Source of the DNA: a virus
Lineage: Duplodnaviria; Heunggongvirae; Uroviricota; Caudoviricetes
Strand: one strand, 5' to 3'
IMG/VR virus record: IMGVR_UViG_3300049444_000130
DNA length: 64,000 nt
Shown here: in pieces, positions 27,358 to 36,384 of the stretch
Position numbering within the stretch: the first letter of the stretch is position 1
How the letters are laid out: each line of letters starts with the position of its first letter
Program-made: the position numbers and the translations under genes
The notes under the pieces: model-generated
The model's database searches: none
What the model was told of the DNA's origin: nothing
What the model saw: the letters and a program-made list of their open reading frames with translations, nothing else

Positions 27358-28041
27358 TCATGGCGGAGGCACCTTCTCGAGGGGCACCAGCACCAGGGCG
27401 CGTTGCGTCATCGCGTGCAAGGCGCGGGTGGCTACCGGGCCTTCCTCGCGGGCCATCGCTTCGAGGATCGGCAGTCCTGACTCGATGGCCGCCAGGACCT
27501 CTGCCCGTATCGCGTCGCGTCCCTCGCAGTACCAGGCAATGGACGTGGGCTCCCCCAGCGCAAAGAGCACCCCGCCGCCTGGGACCGCAAACGGACGCAC
27601 CCGCCGACTCGTCCAGAGACAGCACACGCCCGGATTGCGTTTCAGGCCAACGCCAGCGGCCTCAACGACGGTATCGGGCAGGTGTCCGTCGCGGCGGACC
27701 ATATGGGGGCGTGCGAGAAACGGGCAGGCTTGGGCGGCATACTGCGCACAGTCGAGATGCGAGGGCGGTTCCGCAATGGTGCGGTTGATGGCACACATGG
27801 GACCAATCACCGACGTGAGATAGCGCCCCAAGACCTCGCCACAGATCCAGCACCGATGTTCGTCACAGGCGCGCTGCATCTTCTCGGGCTCGATGATGCG
27901 GAAGTCCGGTACCCCGTCAATCCAGGCGACGAACCACGGGACGGGAAATCCGCGTGGGTCCAACGGCAAACGCGCAATGCGCGCGGGTCGTTCCACATCT
28001 GCAAGAGACGGATGGAGGGGTGGGAGCGTCATTGGAGTCAT
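27358..28041 (-). CDS. hypothetical Cys-rich protein
   Basis: The start at MTPMTL is preceded by an AGAGG RBS. 228 aa. No family recognised. Confidence 0.4.
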   Translation of the reverse strand: MTPMTLPPLHPSLADVERPARIARLPLDPRGFPVPWFVAWIDGVPDFRIIEPEKMQRACDEHRCWICGEVLGRYLTSVIGPMCAINRTIAEPPSHLDCAQYAAQACPFLARPHMVRRDGHLPDTVVEAAGVGLKRNPGVCCLWTSRRVRPFAVPGGGVLFALGEPTSIAWYCEGRDAIRAEVLAAIESGLPILEAMAREEGPVATRALHAMTQRALVLVPLEKVPPP

Positions 28042-28112
28042 ACGTACCTCTTTCTTTTGCACAGGCCATTGGTGTCCACACGGCAGCTTACAACCCCGCA
28101 CGAGACGCAGTA

Positions 28113-28856
28113 TTAGCGTACTTCCCGATCCAGATGCCGACATCGCGGACATCCTTTGAGTTCCCATTTGTCCTTCGCCAGGGCGTCCGCATAGGTCTGC
28201 CACTGAAGATTCTCTACCGCATCTTTCCCTCCGCAAGCGAGGGCGTCAACATGATCACGGATATACCCCGGGCACTTCCCGGTCGTCTTCCCCGTACTGG
28301 GGCAGGGGTGCAGCCGTTGAAAGGCGCGCAACACCGCCTGGGAGCGCGGAATCACCGGGCAGGTAGCCTGGCTGGGGGCGGCCAGGGCGACCAGGAGGAG
28401 CGGTACGAACAGCCAACTCTTCAAGGTCCCGGCCCCTAAAAACGTCAGTTGACCAGCGGCTTCCCGTTGGAGGCGCCGCGTTTCGGCCCGGTGCTGACTG
28501 TGCAATACCCCATCAGTGCGGAGGTGACAGCGGTTGCACATGGCTTTGACATGGGCCGCTTCGACACAGGGGGGATCACAAGAACAGAGATGCGCCACCG
28601 TCAACACCACGCGCCCCCGAGCCCACTGGGCCGGCTGCTGATCGCGCTCGACACACCGTCGAGGGCCAGGATGCGTGCGATGCAAGCCACACTCCCCACA
28701 ACATTCGCATTGACCCAGCGCCCGCTCAAACCGAATGGCCCGGGAAAACACCTTCCAGGTGGGAGGATACGTCAATCGAGGGCGGCGCATACGGCCTCCG
28801 TGTTGGCCCCAGCACCTGCCAGGGCCGTAGAGAGGAATAAGTGTCCCAAGTGCCAT
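28113..28856 (-). CDS. HNH nuclease domain protein (zinc-ribbon N-terminus, internal signal-peptide-like segment, canonical C-terminal HNH)
   Basis: N-terminal CECCGECG...CNRCH zinc ribbon. An internal MKSWLFVPLLLVALAAPSQA-like segment (TTG codon). C-terminal RDHVDALACGGKDAVENLQWQ...CPRCRH, which is a DH-GG-N-CxxCxH HNH motif. This may be two genes. The first 236 codons of the track ORF are judged spurious. Confidence 0.45.
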   Translation of the reverse strand: MALGTLIPLYGPGRCWGQHGGRMRRPRLTYPPTWKVFSRAIRFERALGQCECCGECGLHRTHPGPRRCVERDQQPAQWARGRVVLTVAHLCSCDPPCVEAAHVKAMCNRCHLRTDGVLHSQHRAETRRLQREAAGQLTFLGAGTLKSWLFVPLLLVALAAPSQATCPVIPRSQAVLRAFQRLHPCPSTGKTTGKCPGYIRDHVDALACGGKDAVENLQWQTYADALAKDKWELKGCPRCRHLDREVR

Positions 28857-28989
28857 TTCTAGGCCTCTGCAAGCGCCGTCAAGCCACGATCTTTTTCCAC
28901 ACTTCAAAGTACGCACGTGGGGGCTCCAACGTCTCCTTGCCTGATCTCTCACGCAAAAAACGGCATGCCTGTCCTGTCTCTCTTCTTGC

Positions 28990-30252
28990 TCACTCCTGGG
29001 CCGCGTCGAGGATGTCGAGCACCGCGCTCGCCAACTGCTCCGCCTCGTCCGCCGTGGCGGGTTCGACTGTCGACAGCGCAGACCGGATCTGCTCCAGCAT
29101 CTCGCTGGGGAGATGGGCATCGTCTTGGTGCGTGCGCAACGTCTCCCACGCCCGGCCTTCGGTGGGAGGCGCAGCCGTCGCCCCTGCCTTGGAGACCACC
29201 CAGGCGCTCTGCGTGCCGTCCTGGGGCTGCTGGGGACCTTCCTGGGCGGTTCCTGACGTGCCCCCGCCATCGCCAAACAGATCGGCATGCGCTTGCGCGG
29301 CAGACGCCCGCACCGCCCGCTGCACCTCCGCGACCACGGTGGGCGCGTCCCACTTGACCCCGGCCCGGGTGGCAATGTCCACCACCTGCCCCGCCACGGC
29401 CAGCCGATCCTCGTCCAAGAACGGCAGGTCATTGGCCCGCAACGGCTCGCCGAACACCGCCAGAATGGCTTGGACTTGCGTCGAGGCCCGTAAGCCCCGC
29501 AACCAGGTCCGCAGGGGAGCCAGCAGCGCTTGACGTTCGGCATCCTCGTCGCGCTGGTCTTCATCGGGATCGCCTAGCTGGGCAAACATCTCACTCACCA
29601 GCGGCAGGGCTTTCACGGCGGCGCTTTTGGCCCGTTTGACCGCCATCTGCAACACCGTGGCTTCCACGTCGGCCAGGTCGTCATTGTCCAGGCGGTAGCG
29701 GGTATAGGTGCCCGAGCGGCCCTGACTTTCTCGTTGCTTCAGGCTGGTCTTGTCCACGCCCTTGGGGACCTGGTTGCCCCCCACCCAGCGATACGCATAC
29801 TTGCTCTCACGGGTCGAACAACTGCCGGTGCCGGCGCCCATCGGCTGGCCGGAGTGGGAGGAGATCAGTCGCACGGTGGCGCGGCACATATAAAAGCCGT
29901 CCTCACGGCTCTCATAGATCGTCGGTTCATCCGGGTAACACTGGAACAGGGACATCAGGTTGTGAATGCCGTCCTGATTCAAGGCCGGCTTCTGCCCCTC
30001 GGCACTCATGGCGGCCAACGCCTCGGGGGTCAGCGGGGTATAGCGATTATTGGCAAAGCTGTAGAAATGGCGCTTGGGGTCCATATGCTTCTGCACGTAT
30101 TCGAGAAGCACCGGGCGAAACTCGGTCATCCAGGCCATGTGCTGCTTGATCTCCGCGATACTGCGCAGCGAGGACACCGGAGCCGCCACGACAAGGGCGG
30201 TGGCATCGGTATGGATCGGGACCAAAGCACGGGTATCGGTCGCCATGGTCAA
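28990..30252 (-). CDS. Erf-family-like ssDNA annealing recombinase
   Basis: PKRHFYSFANNRYTPL resembles the P22 Erf PKNQYNSFGKYKYRS motif. GTGSCSTRESKYAYRWV resembles GSAxTYARRY. It has an acidic C-terminal tail. Confidence 0.4.
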   Translation of the reverse strand: MTMATDTRALVPIHTDATALVVAAPVSSLRSIAEIKQHMAWMTEFRPVLLEYVQKHMDPKRHFYSFANNRYTPLTPEALAAMSAEGQKPALNQDGIHNLMSLFQCYPDEPTIYESREDGFYMCRATVRLISSHSGQPMGAGTGSCSTRESKYAYRWVGGNQVPKGVDKTSLKQRESQGRSGTYTRYRLDNDDLADVEATVLQMAVKRAKSAAVKALPLVSEMFAQLGDPDEDQRDEDAERQALLAPLRTWLRGLRASTQVQAILAVFGEPLRANDLPFLDEDRLAVAGQVVDIATRAGVKWDAPTVVAEVQRAVRASAAQAHADLFGDGGGTSGTAQEGPQQPQDGTQSAWVVSKAGATAAPPTEGRAWETLRTHQDDAHLPSEMLEQIRSALSTVEPATADEAEQLASAVLDILDAAQE

Positions 30253-30563
30253 CCCCTTTCAGGTGTGGTAGACTGAGAGTGACACTGTACACGTTCGGCA
30301 TCGATCTCCCTGGGACTCCCGGAATGGGTCCCAGGGCCTTCCTCCGCCGCCATCCGCACCTCCAGCCGCACAGACGGCGGCGTCTCGTCCGTGCAGACGG
30401 TCATATCCTCGGCCAACAGGTTCACCAGGCGGCGCGGGGTCTGCACTTTGATGGGGCAGGCCGCGTACCCCTGGTCTTCCAGGTCCAGCAGCAGCGCGAT
30501 CAGGTCATGCACGGTCATCAGGTTCCTCCTCTCGACACACATGATCCTCACCAAAGACGCCAC
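30249..30563 (-). CDS. hypothetical protein
   Basis: 104 aa ORF in operon register. Confidence 0.3.
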   Translation of the reverse strand: MASLVRIMCVERRNLMTVHDLIALLLDLEDQGYAACPIKVQTPRRLVNLLAEDMTVCTDETPPSVRLEVRMAAEEGPGTHSGSPREIDAERVQCHSQSTTPERG

Positions 30564-30674
30564 TCACTTGCTTCCCCAGCTCGCGCCAGTGCGGCGGGTC
30601 CTCTTTCGACGTCCCGTGGACCCACACCCGCGTCAGCACTAGGGCACCACAAGGGCAGGGGGTGAAGGCGGTCG

Positions 30675-31100
30675 TCATGCGGCGGCTCCTTCGCGCCGGG
30701 GTGGGACATCGGCCAGGCAGGTGAAGCCCTCCACCGTGCGTGTCTCCCAGCGCTGACGATAGGCATCAGGCGCTCGCTGGTAGGCCGCCTGGGCAATGGT
30801 CTCCCGTTGCTGCGCCATCATCTTTCGCGCACGCCACCAGGGCAGCGGTGCGCCGGTCTCGGGGTCCACCATGCCGGCGTACTGCGTCATCAGGGCGGCG
30901 ATCCAGTGCACGATATCATCCACGAGGTCTGGGCGGCGCTTGTCTGCGTCCCGGCTCTCCACGTAGAACAGCCGGAGATGGGCGCGGAGGACATCACATC
31001 CGTTTTCGTCATTCCCCACATTGGCGGCAATGGCCATCTGATGGGCACTACGGACCTGGGGATCCCGGTCGGCACACCAGGGACAATCGTTCGCGGTCAT
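30675..31100 (-). CDS. hypothetical protein
   Basis: 141 aa ORF. Confidence 0.3.
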   Translation of the reverse strand: MTANDCPWCADRDPQVRSAHQMAIAANVGNDENGCDVLRAHLRLFYVESRDADKRRPDLVDDIVHWIAALMTQYAGMVDPETGAPLPWWRARKMMAQQRETIAQAAYQRAPDAYRQRWETRTVEGFTCLADVPPRREGAAA

Positions 31101-31613
31101 CTAGGGCTCCTTCTGCTCATCTTGGATTTTCCGGGCTTGCCGCAAGAGCCGGGCTTTGCGGTCGGCATATTCCCATTCCTCCAACGGCGTGCAGTACTCA
31201 GGGATACGCTTGTCACGGGGTGGGGCGGGGATGGGCACGCCCTCAGCGACCTGATCCAGCAGCGCTTGTATCTGGTTTTTCACATAGTCAGGGGGCATTG
31301 GCCCGGCGAGCAGGGCCTTCTGCGTCTTTGCACGATAGTCGGCATCAAAAGCGCGTACGGCATCTCGCTTCCGGTATTCATCACGATAGGTAGCGACATA
31401 CCTGAGCAGAATGGCGGGGAGCGGGACCTTGTGAAAGGCCTCGTGCTCCATCACGCCGTAACACGCCTGCTGCCACTCCTCGATGGTGCAGTTGTCCTTC
31501 ATCACCTGCCAGTACAAGCGTTGGCGGGTCTCGGTGAGCTCATCAGTGAAGAAGGTGCCGAGAAGATTCAGGGAGTGGTAAAAGATCACCTCGTCCTGTG
31601 AGGTCATGCGCAT
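31101..31613 (-). CDS. hypothetical protein (replication module)
   Basis: 170 aa. Lies immediately downstream of the replication initiator. Confidence 0.35.
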   Translation of the reverse strand: MRMTSQDEVIFYHSLNLLGTFFTDELTETRQRLYWQVMKDNCTIEEWQQACYGVMEHEAFHKVPLPAILLRYVATYRDEYRKRDAVRAFDADYRAKTQKALLAGPMPPDYVKNQIQALLDQVAEGVPIPAPPRDKRIPEYCTPLEEWEYADRKARLLRQARKIQDEQKEP

Positions 31614-32514
31614 GCTCCTCTAAAATGCGTTGCGTGGCTAAGGCCGTCCGATAGCCCTTCTCGCCCAGCCGAGCATAGGCGGCCTCGGCGGGGGTTTCGT
31701 CGTATTTCCCTTCCGCGACTTTCACACAGTTCTCTGTGCCATCCTTGCCCTTGCTCAACAGCCAATCAAAGTCCGCACGCCAGCCACCATGACCGTTCGA
31801 GACCTTCTCCCCCCGCAGAAAGGGCGAGGCGCCGATATGGGCGAACACCTCAGACCACCACGCAGGATCAGGAAACATACGGAGATACTGCTTGGCCTTG
31901 GCCAGTCGAGCGGGGGAGAGCGTTTTAATCTTTGGGTGACTGGTGGGAGTGTCGGCATTGTACATCGCGACTAATTGCTCTGGAGTCAGCACAGCGGGGG
32001 ATGTCGCGGTAGCGACAGGGGGGTTACTCTCTTCAATATTTTCTACAATCAATACTTGCTTCTTCTCAATACTAACTAGCAGCGGATTAGCCGACTTCGG
32101 TTGATCCGACTTCGGTTGATCCGACTTCGGTTGATCCGACTTCGGTGACGTGGTGGCGGTCAGGCCAATCGTCTCGGTCGAGGAGGAGGCGTGCATCTCT
32201 TGGTCCGCCAGCGTGGGCGTTTCGTAAATGGTGGTATCCCATCCAGCCATGCGACCTTTGGCACCCCGGAGCTTCTCCCGATGCAGATAACCTGCCTTCT
32301 GGAGTTCGGCCAGTGCTGAGCGAATGGCATCCCGGCCTTCGCGGGGGGACGAGTGTTCGAGTTGCTCGATATACACCTGCCAGCCATCTGGTTTGGACAT
32401 CAGATAGGTATGGATACCTTTGGCCCGATAGCTGAGTCGGTCATCATTGAGCGCGGTCGTATCCAGCATGACAAAGGGTTTTTCCTTGGATTTCTTGGTA
32501 CGGACAACGCTCAT
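31543..32514 (-). CDS. replication initiator / replisome organiser with winged-helix N-terminal domain and KSDQP tandem-repeat linker
   Basis: Start at MSVVRTKK with a GAGGG RBS. KPFVMLDTTALNDDRLSYRAKGIHTYLMS...AIRSALAELQKAGYL has the HTH_36/DnaD-like pattern. Contains a 15-bp tandem repeat encoding KSDQP x3.7. Confidence 0.5.
   Translation of the reverse strand: MSVVRTKKSKEKPFVMLDTTALNDDRLSYRAKGIHTYLMSKPDGWQVYIEQLEHSSPREGRDAIRSALAELQKAGYLHREKLRGAKGRMAGWDTTIYETPTLADQEMHASSSTETIGLTATTSPKSDQPKSDQPKSDQPKSANPLLVSIEKKQVLIVENIEESNPPVATATSPAVLTPEQLVAMYNADTPTSHPKIKTLSPARLAKAKQYLRMFPDPAWWSEVFAHIGASPFLRGEKVSNGHGGWRADFDWLLSKGKDGTENCVKVAEGKYDETPAEAAYARLGEKGYRTALATQRILEEHAHDLTGRGDLLPLPESSRHLLH
32091..32146. 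repeat. 15-bp tandem repeat CCGACTTCGGTTGAT (about 3.7 copies) inside the replication initiator gene
   Basis: Seen directly in the sequence. Confidence 0.8.
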
Positions 32515-32682
32515 AGAGATACCCTCGTGTGCGTCACAGCGCAGCATGCACTACACTTCTGGATATTCAATACTGCGCACCACAGATATGTATATTACAC
32601 ATTTGTACTTACGATTGCAACGTAAAATATAATTTGCCTTGTGTAGTAGGCTCATATCTGTAATAATCTCTCAGCTCATATC

Positions 32683-32940
32683 ATGAGAGGACATCAGATG
32701 CCCATCGGGGAACGTATTCGTACAAGGCGCCGGGAGCTTGGTTGGACCCAGGAAGAGCTTGCCCGTCGGCTCGGGGTCAGACAGAATGTCATTTCGCGTC
32801 TGGAAGCCGGGAATGTGAATAACCCGAGTGTGCATATGATTCGCTCTCTTGCCCGTATCCTGGGCGTGACGGCTGATTACCTCATTGGCATGTATGACGA
32901 CGACCCCGCGTTACTGGCTCTCACTGCGTCCTCTCCCTGA
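32683..32940 (+). CDS. XRE-family HTH transcriptional regulator
   Basis: ERIRTRRRELGWTQEELARRLGVRQNVISRLEAG. Divergent from the replication operon across an AT-rich 130-bp region. Confidence 0.6.
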   Translation: MRGHQMPIGERIRTRRRELGWTQEELARRLGVRQNVISRLEAGNVNNPSVHMIRSLARILGVTADYLIGMYDDDPALLALTASSP

Positions 32941-32986
32941 TCCGCCGCCTCCTGGCCGACGAACGCCAGCGCCGCACCGCCTCCCC

Positions 32987-33181
32987 CTAACCCTCCCCCG
33001 CCGCCGTCAGGTCCGCCTCGAACACGCGCACGCCATCGGCCCCAGGGGTGATGCTGTACATAATCCAGGTCTCCCAGGCGCTCTCGCAGTACCAGCGCCG
33101 CGTAATGGTCCACACCTGCCCCTCGTAGCGCACGCGCTGGCCCACGTGATAGCGGAAGGTGAGGCGCACTGTGTCAGGCAT
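32987..33181 (-). CDS. small hypothetical protein
   Basis: 64 aa counted from MPDTVRL. Confidence 0.3.
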   Translation of the reverse strand: MPDTVRLTFRYHVGQRVRYEGQVWTITRRWYCESAWETWIMYSITPGADGVRVFEADLTAAGEG

Positions 33182-33551
33182 GCGGGATGTCCTCGCTCGT
33201 CCCCAGTGTGACGCTGCCGTGCGCACTGCTGAACGTGATGCCGGTCATGTCGGGCACCACCCGCTCCGCGTCCAGGGCGTCCAGATGCCGCATGACCACG
33301 CCCTCCAGCACCGCCTGATGCGCCAGCGTGAGCGATCCCTTGGGGGAGACGGCCAGCTTCCGCCGGGCACGGACCACTTTGAGGGCGGTCGAGAGTGCCC
33401 GCATGGGGAAGTCATCGGCATAAGACTCTTTGAGGAGGCGCAGCTCCTCCCGCAGGCGGTCCTGCTCATCGTCCAGGGCACACGCCCGGGTGAGATACTC
33501 CCCGAGCTTCCTGTCATCGTAGGCAAAGGGCAGGTCGAGTTGGTCAGTCAT
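33174..33551 (-). CDS. GapR-like (DUF2312) DNA-binding protein with C-terminal extension
   Basis: LREELRLLKESYADDFPMRALSTALKVVRARRK parallels GapR [30 protein letters not shown]. Confidence 0.45.
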   Translation of the reverse strand: MTDQLDLPFAYDDRKLGEYLTRACALDDEQDRLREELRLLKESYADDFPMRALSTALKVVRARRKLAVSPKGSLTLAHQAVLEGVVMRHLDALDAERVVPDMTGITFSSAHGSVTLGTSEDIPHA

Positions 33552-33715
33552 TCGATACCTCCGTGCTATCTAACATTTTTCTAGCCCGGCGACACGCACC
33601 AGGCGCGGCCCGTGTCCCTGGGCATCGAGGATGACGTGATGCAGGAAGGCCACCGCCAGGCTTCGCTCGGGGGACGGGCCGGTCAGGGCGTGATTGGGGA
33701 GCGCGTAGGCGCGGG

Positions 33716-34720
33716 TCATCGCGGCTCCTGCACGCCGAACAGCGTCAGTTGGGGGGCATCGTTGCGGAGACAGTGGGGAGAAAACCAGAGGACTTCGCGG
33801 TGCTTATTGATCCGCCCGCGCCCGTCCCCCTGATTCCCGTACCCGCCCTGGGTGGACCAAGAGACTTTCTCCCACGTCGCAGGCATGGTATACGTGGGCG
33901 TTTCATAGCCACAGAGCACGATCCGCAGCAACGGATGTTCCCCATTGGCCAGCGCCCACTGCCGCACGTCCTCAGCAATGCCCGGTGTCTCACAGGCATA
34001 GACGTCGTCGCGTTCGTCCGCTGGATAGGGCGGGTCGAGCACGATGCCCGTCAGCCCGTGCGTCCAGGTCACACTCGGCCCGAGCACCCGCGTCCAATCG
34101 CCGCAGCAGCTCCGCACGCGGCGTAACCGCGTTTGCAAGGCCGCGAACCAGGCGCGAAGGCCCTCGCCCTCCACGAGCTTCCGCTGCACCCCCTGCCCCG
34201 CATTCCCCAGGTGCACGCGCTTCCGCTGCACCCCCCGCCCCGCATCCCCCAGGTGCACGAGCTGGCGCGTCCCATCCGCCTGGACCACGCTTTGCCACGG
34301 CCCGTCCCCGGAGCACCACCCACCGCCAATCCAGCACGCAATGCCCCAGAGCCAACGTCCCGCAACTTGCGCGTCGTAGTAGTCGGGATCGCCCATGAGC
34401 CGGGCCGTAAAGGTTTCACGCTGGCGGACCAGCCAACCATGCACGGCGTGCTGGTGGCACTCATCGACCGGGAAGTCACACCAATACGCCACAGCGTCGG
34501 GATCGGCCTGCAAGGCTCTCGTCACGTTGCAGATAAAGCCATCAATATCGTTCACGGTCTCCAACCCAGGCTCGTGGGGGCGTGCCCACAGTTCGGCCCC
34601 ACTGCCAAAGAACGGGAGCACCAAATTGGGCACGTTCCCTAGGCGTGGCCAGATCAGGGGCGCTGCCCGGGCCTTGCCGCCATACCACGGATAGGGCGCC
34701 TTGAGCGGGGGCATGGCCAT
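33716..34720 (-). CDS. dam: Dam-like N6-adenine DNA methyltransferase (D12 class)
   Basis: Start at MAMPPLKAPYPWYGGKAR (GGGAGG RBS). PFFGSGAE motif I and VLDPPYP motif IV. Confidence 0.75.
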   Translation of the reverse strand: MAMPPLKAPYPWYGGKARAAPLIWPRLGNVPNLVLPFFGSGAELWARPHEPGLETVNDIDGFICNVTRALQADPDAVAYWCDFPVDECHQHAVHGWLVRQRETFTARLMGDPDYYDAQVAGRWLWGIACWIGGGWCSGDGPWQSVVQADGTRQLVHLGDAGRGVQRKRVHLGNAGQGVQRKLVEGEGLRAWFAALQTRLRRVRSCCGDWTRVLGPSVTWTHGLTGIVLDPPYPADERDDVYACETPGIAEDVRQWALANGEHPLLRIVLCGYETPTYTMPATWEKVSWSTQGGYGNQGDGRGRINKHREVLWFSPHCLRNDAPQLTLFGVQEPR

Positions 34721-34927
34721 CGCGCTAATTCCTCCCCTGCCTGCCGGCCTGGTAGCGCCACCAGCCGGCATCCGTCTGCGTGCCCGTGGTGGTGAGCACC
34801 CAGGCCAGCAAGGCCCGCGTGGCGTCCACCTGCCCGAGCGGCTGGGTGCCATCCAGACAGATCGTGCCCGGGCGCAACACGTGCAGGCCCAGGTCGCCGG
34901 GCGTGGGGTCGGGGGTGCTGGGCAGGA

Positions 34928-35248
34928 TCATGGTGCCTCCGTGCATGCGGAGAGATTGTCGAGCAGCATATCAGACTCCTCTACGACGGTACTCCGGTGC
35001 TCAAGAGCCGCGACATACGAGAGACTGCTCTCGCCAATACCGCGCAACTGGGCGATGGCATCACGCGGCACACCCGCCTTGAGGAGCGCCTGCACCTGGG
35101 CCGTCTGCGCCGGGGGATACTGCGTATGCAGATAGCGGCCATTCCACTTTGCGAGATACCAGAAAGGTTTCTTTCTCTCGTCAGTCTTCACGGCCCCTCC
35201 TTCCTGGCACACACGATCGCAATATGTTTGTCCAGCAGCCGCTGCCAT
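34928..35248 (-). CDS. hypothetical protein
   Basis: 106 aa. Confidence 0.3.
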   Translation of the reverse strand: MAAAAGQTYCDRVCQEGGAVKTDERKKPFWYLAKWNGRYLHTQYPPAQTAQVQALLKAGVPRDAIAQLRGIGESSLSYVAALEHRSTVVEESDMLLDNLSACTEAP

Positions 35249-35532
35249 CCCCGCAACACCGTCAGCCGCGCCGCCGTGGTCCCAATGCGAAACGTCTGGC
35301 GCTGTTCCTCCAGGGCGGCCTGGAGCGCCAGGTACACGGGGTCAAGAGGGAGGCCATCCGGCTCCGGAGGCGCCTCTCCCAGCACCAGTCCGTGCAGGTC
35401 GAGGAGTGCACCCGGCACGCGCCACGGGCGGCCTGCGCTCTGGGTGTCCTGGGTGCGCAGCTTGTGGCGAATTTCGGCATAGGTCGCAGGACTGACGGTC
35501 ATCAGGGCGTAGGCGTGCTCTGTGTGGCGCAT
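35188..35532 (-). CDS. hypothetical protein; tandem paralogue A (SPATYxEIRxKL N-terminal domain)
   Basis: MRHTEHAYALMTVSPATYAEIRHKL is shared with the adjacent gene 35502..35726. Confidence 0.35.
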   Translation of the reverse strand: MRHTEHAYALMTVSPATYAEIRHKLRTQDTQSAGRPWRVPGALLDLHGLVLGEAPPEPDGLPLDPVYLALQAALEEQRQTFRIGTTAARLTVLRGWQRLLDKHIAIVCARKEGP

Positions 35533-35726
35533 AGGGGTATCTCCTGTTCCGGTGCGCACGAGGTAGCCCGTAAGGCGATCCCGTGCATGTCGATCACTTC
35601 GCCGTCTCCACGCTCGTGCTGGATGGCATGGCCATAATCCACCGACAGCAGCTTGGCGCGTATCTCCCTATAGGTTGCGGGACTCACCTCCAGAATGGCG
35701 TAGGTGTGGGTCTGTCTCAGTCTCAT
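35502..35726 (-). CDS. hypothetical protein; tandem paralogue B
   Basis: MRLRQTHTYAILEVSPATYREIRAKL. Confidence 0.35.
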   Translation of the reverse strand: MRLRQTHTYAILEVSPATYREIRAKLLSVDYGHAIQHERGDGEVIDMHGIALRATSCAPEQEIPLCATQSTPTP

Positions 35727-36007
35727 AAGATATCCCCCCGCAGGAGGTCGAATCCTTCGCGCTGCATATAGGCGTCCGCTTCTTCCCGCGTGCCGTCGTA
35801 TTCCCCTTGCTTCGCAGCCTCAGCCAGAGACCGCAAGGACGGAAGCCCGGTGGCGAGACAATCCCGCACCAGGTCGATAATCGGCGTGACAGAATCGGAT
35901 TCGTATTCATCGTATTGACCAGCGTGGGCCTTGCGGAGCATAAAGGTGGGGGCGCCGGCATTAGTGAGGGCCTGGAAGAGACGATCTTTCGTGGGCAGGG
36001 ATGCCAT
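35723..36007 (-). CDS. hypothetical protein
   Basis: Start MASLPTKD with a GAGGAG RBS. 94 aa. Confidence 0.4.
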   Translation of the reverse strand: MASLPTKDRLFQALTNAGAPTFMLRKAHAGQYDEYESDSVTPIIDLVRDCLATGLPSLRSLAEAAKQGEYDGTREEADAYMQREGFDLLRGDIL

Positions 36008-36009
36008 GG

Positions 36010-36384
36010 TTATCTCCTCGTGAGGAACTGCTGGATAAGGGGCCAATGCGCTGGCGTATACACCGCCACCTCGACCGACGTCACCCGCGCCAGGGCCGCC
36101 AGCCAGCGCTGCTGATCCCCGCTCGGCTGTTCCGTCGCACGCTTCCACTCCCACAAATACAGCGGGCCGCCATCCCGATGGCAAATCGCGGCGTCCGGCC
36201 AGCCCGGGGTGCTGCCTTGGGATTTGCGCGCGTGGTAGTACAGGTGATCGGTCGCCTTGCAGAGCGCCTGCGTCCGACTCCGCAACAGGTCTTCGGGGGC
36301 ATCTGCAGCGAGCGGCATCAGCAGCGTCGGGCGGACGGCGCGCCCCTCCAGGTACGCATGATATTGTTCCGGGGTCCAGACGTC
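36010..36384 (-). CDS. VRR-NUC domain nuclease (PD-(D/E)xK)
   Basis: GWPDAAICHRDGGPLYLWEWKRATEQPSGDQQRWL...VEVAVY. Own AGGAG RBS and ATG. The reading frame is also contiguous with the upstream methyltransferase ORF. Confidence 0.55.
   Translation of the reverse strand, partial: DVWTPEQYHAYLEGRAVRPTLLMPLAADAPEDLLRSRTQALCKATDHLYYHARKSQGSTPGWPDAAICHRDGGPLYLWEWKRATEQPSGDQQRWLAALARVTSVEVAVYTPAHWPLIQQFLTRR

Noticed and set aside
28857-29564. N-terminal 236 codons of track ORF 28113..29564
   Set aside because: Trp/Arg/Cys-rich nonsense overlapping the convincing Erf-like gene 28990..30252 in another frame. Only the part from 28856 downward shows HNH/zinc-ribbon features.
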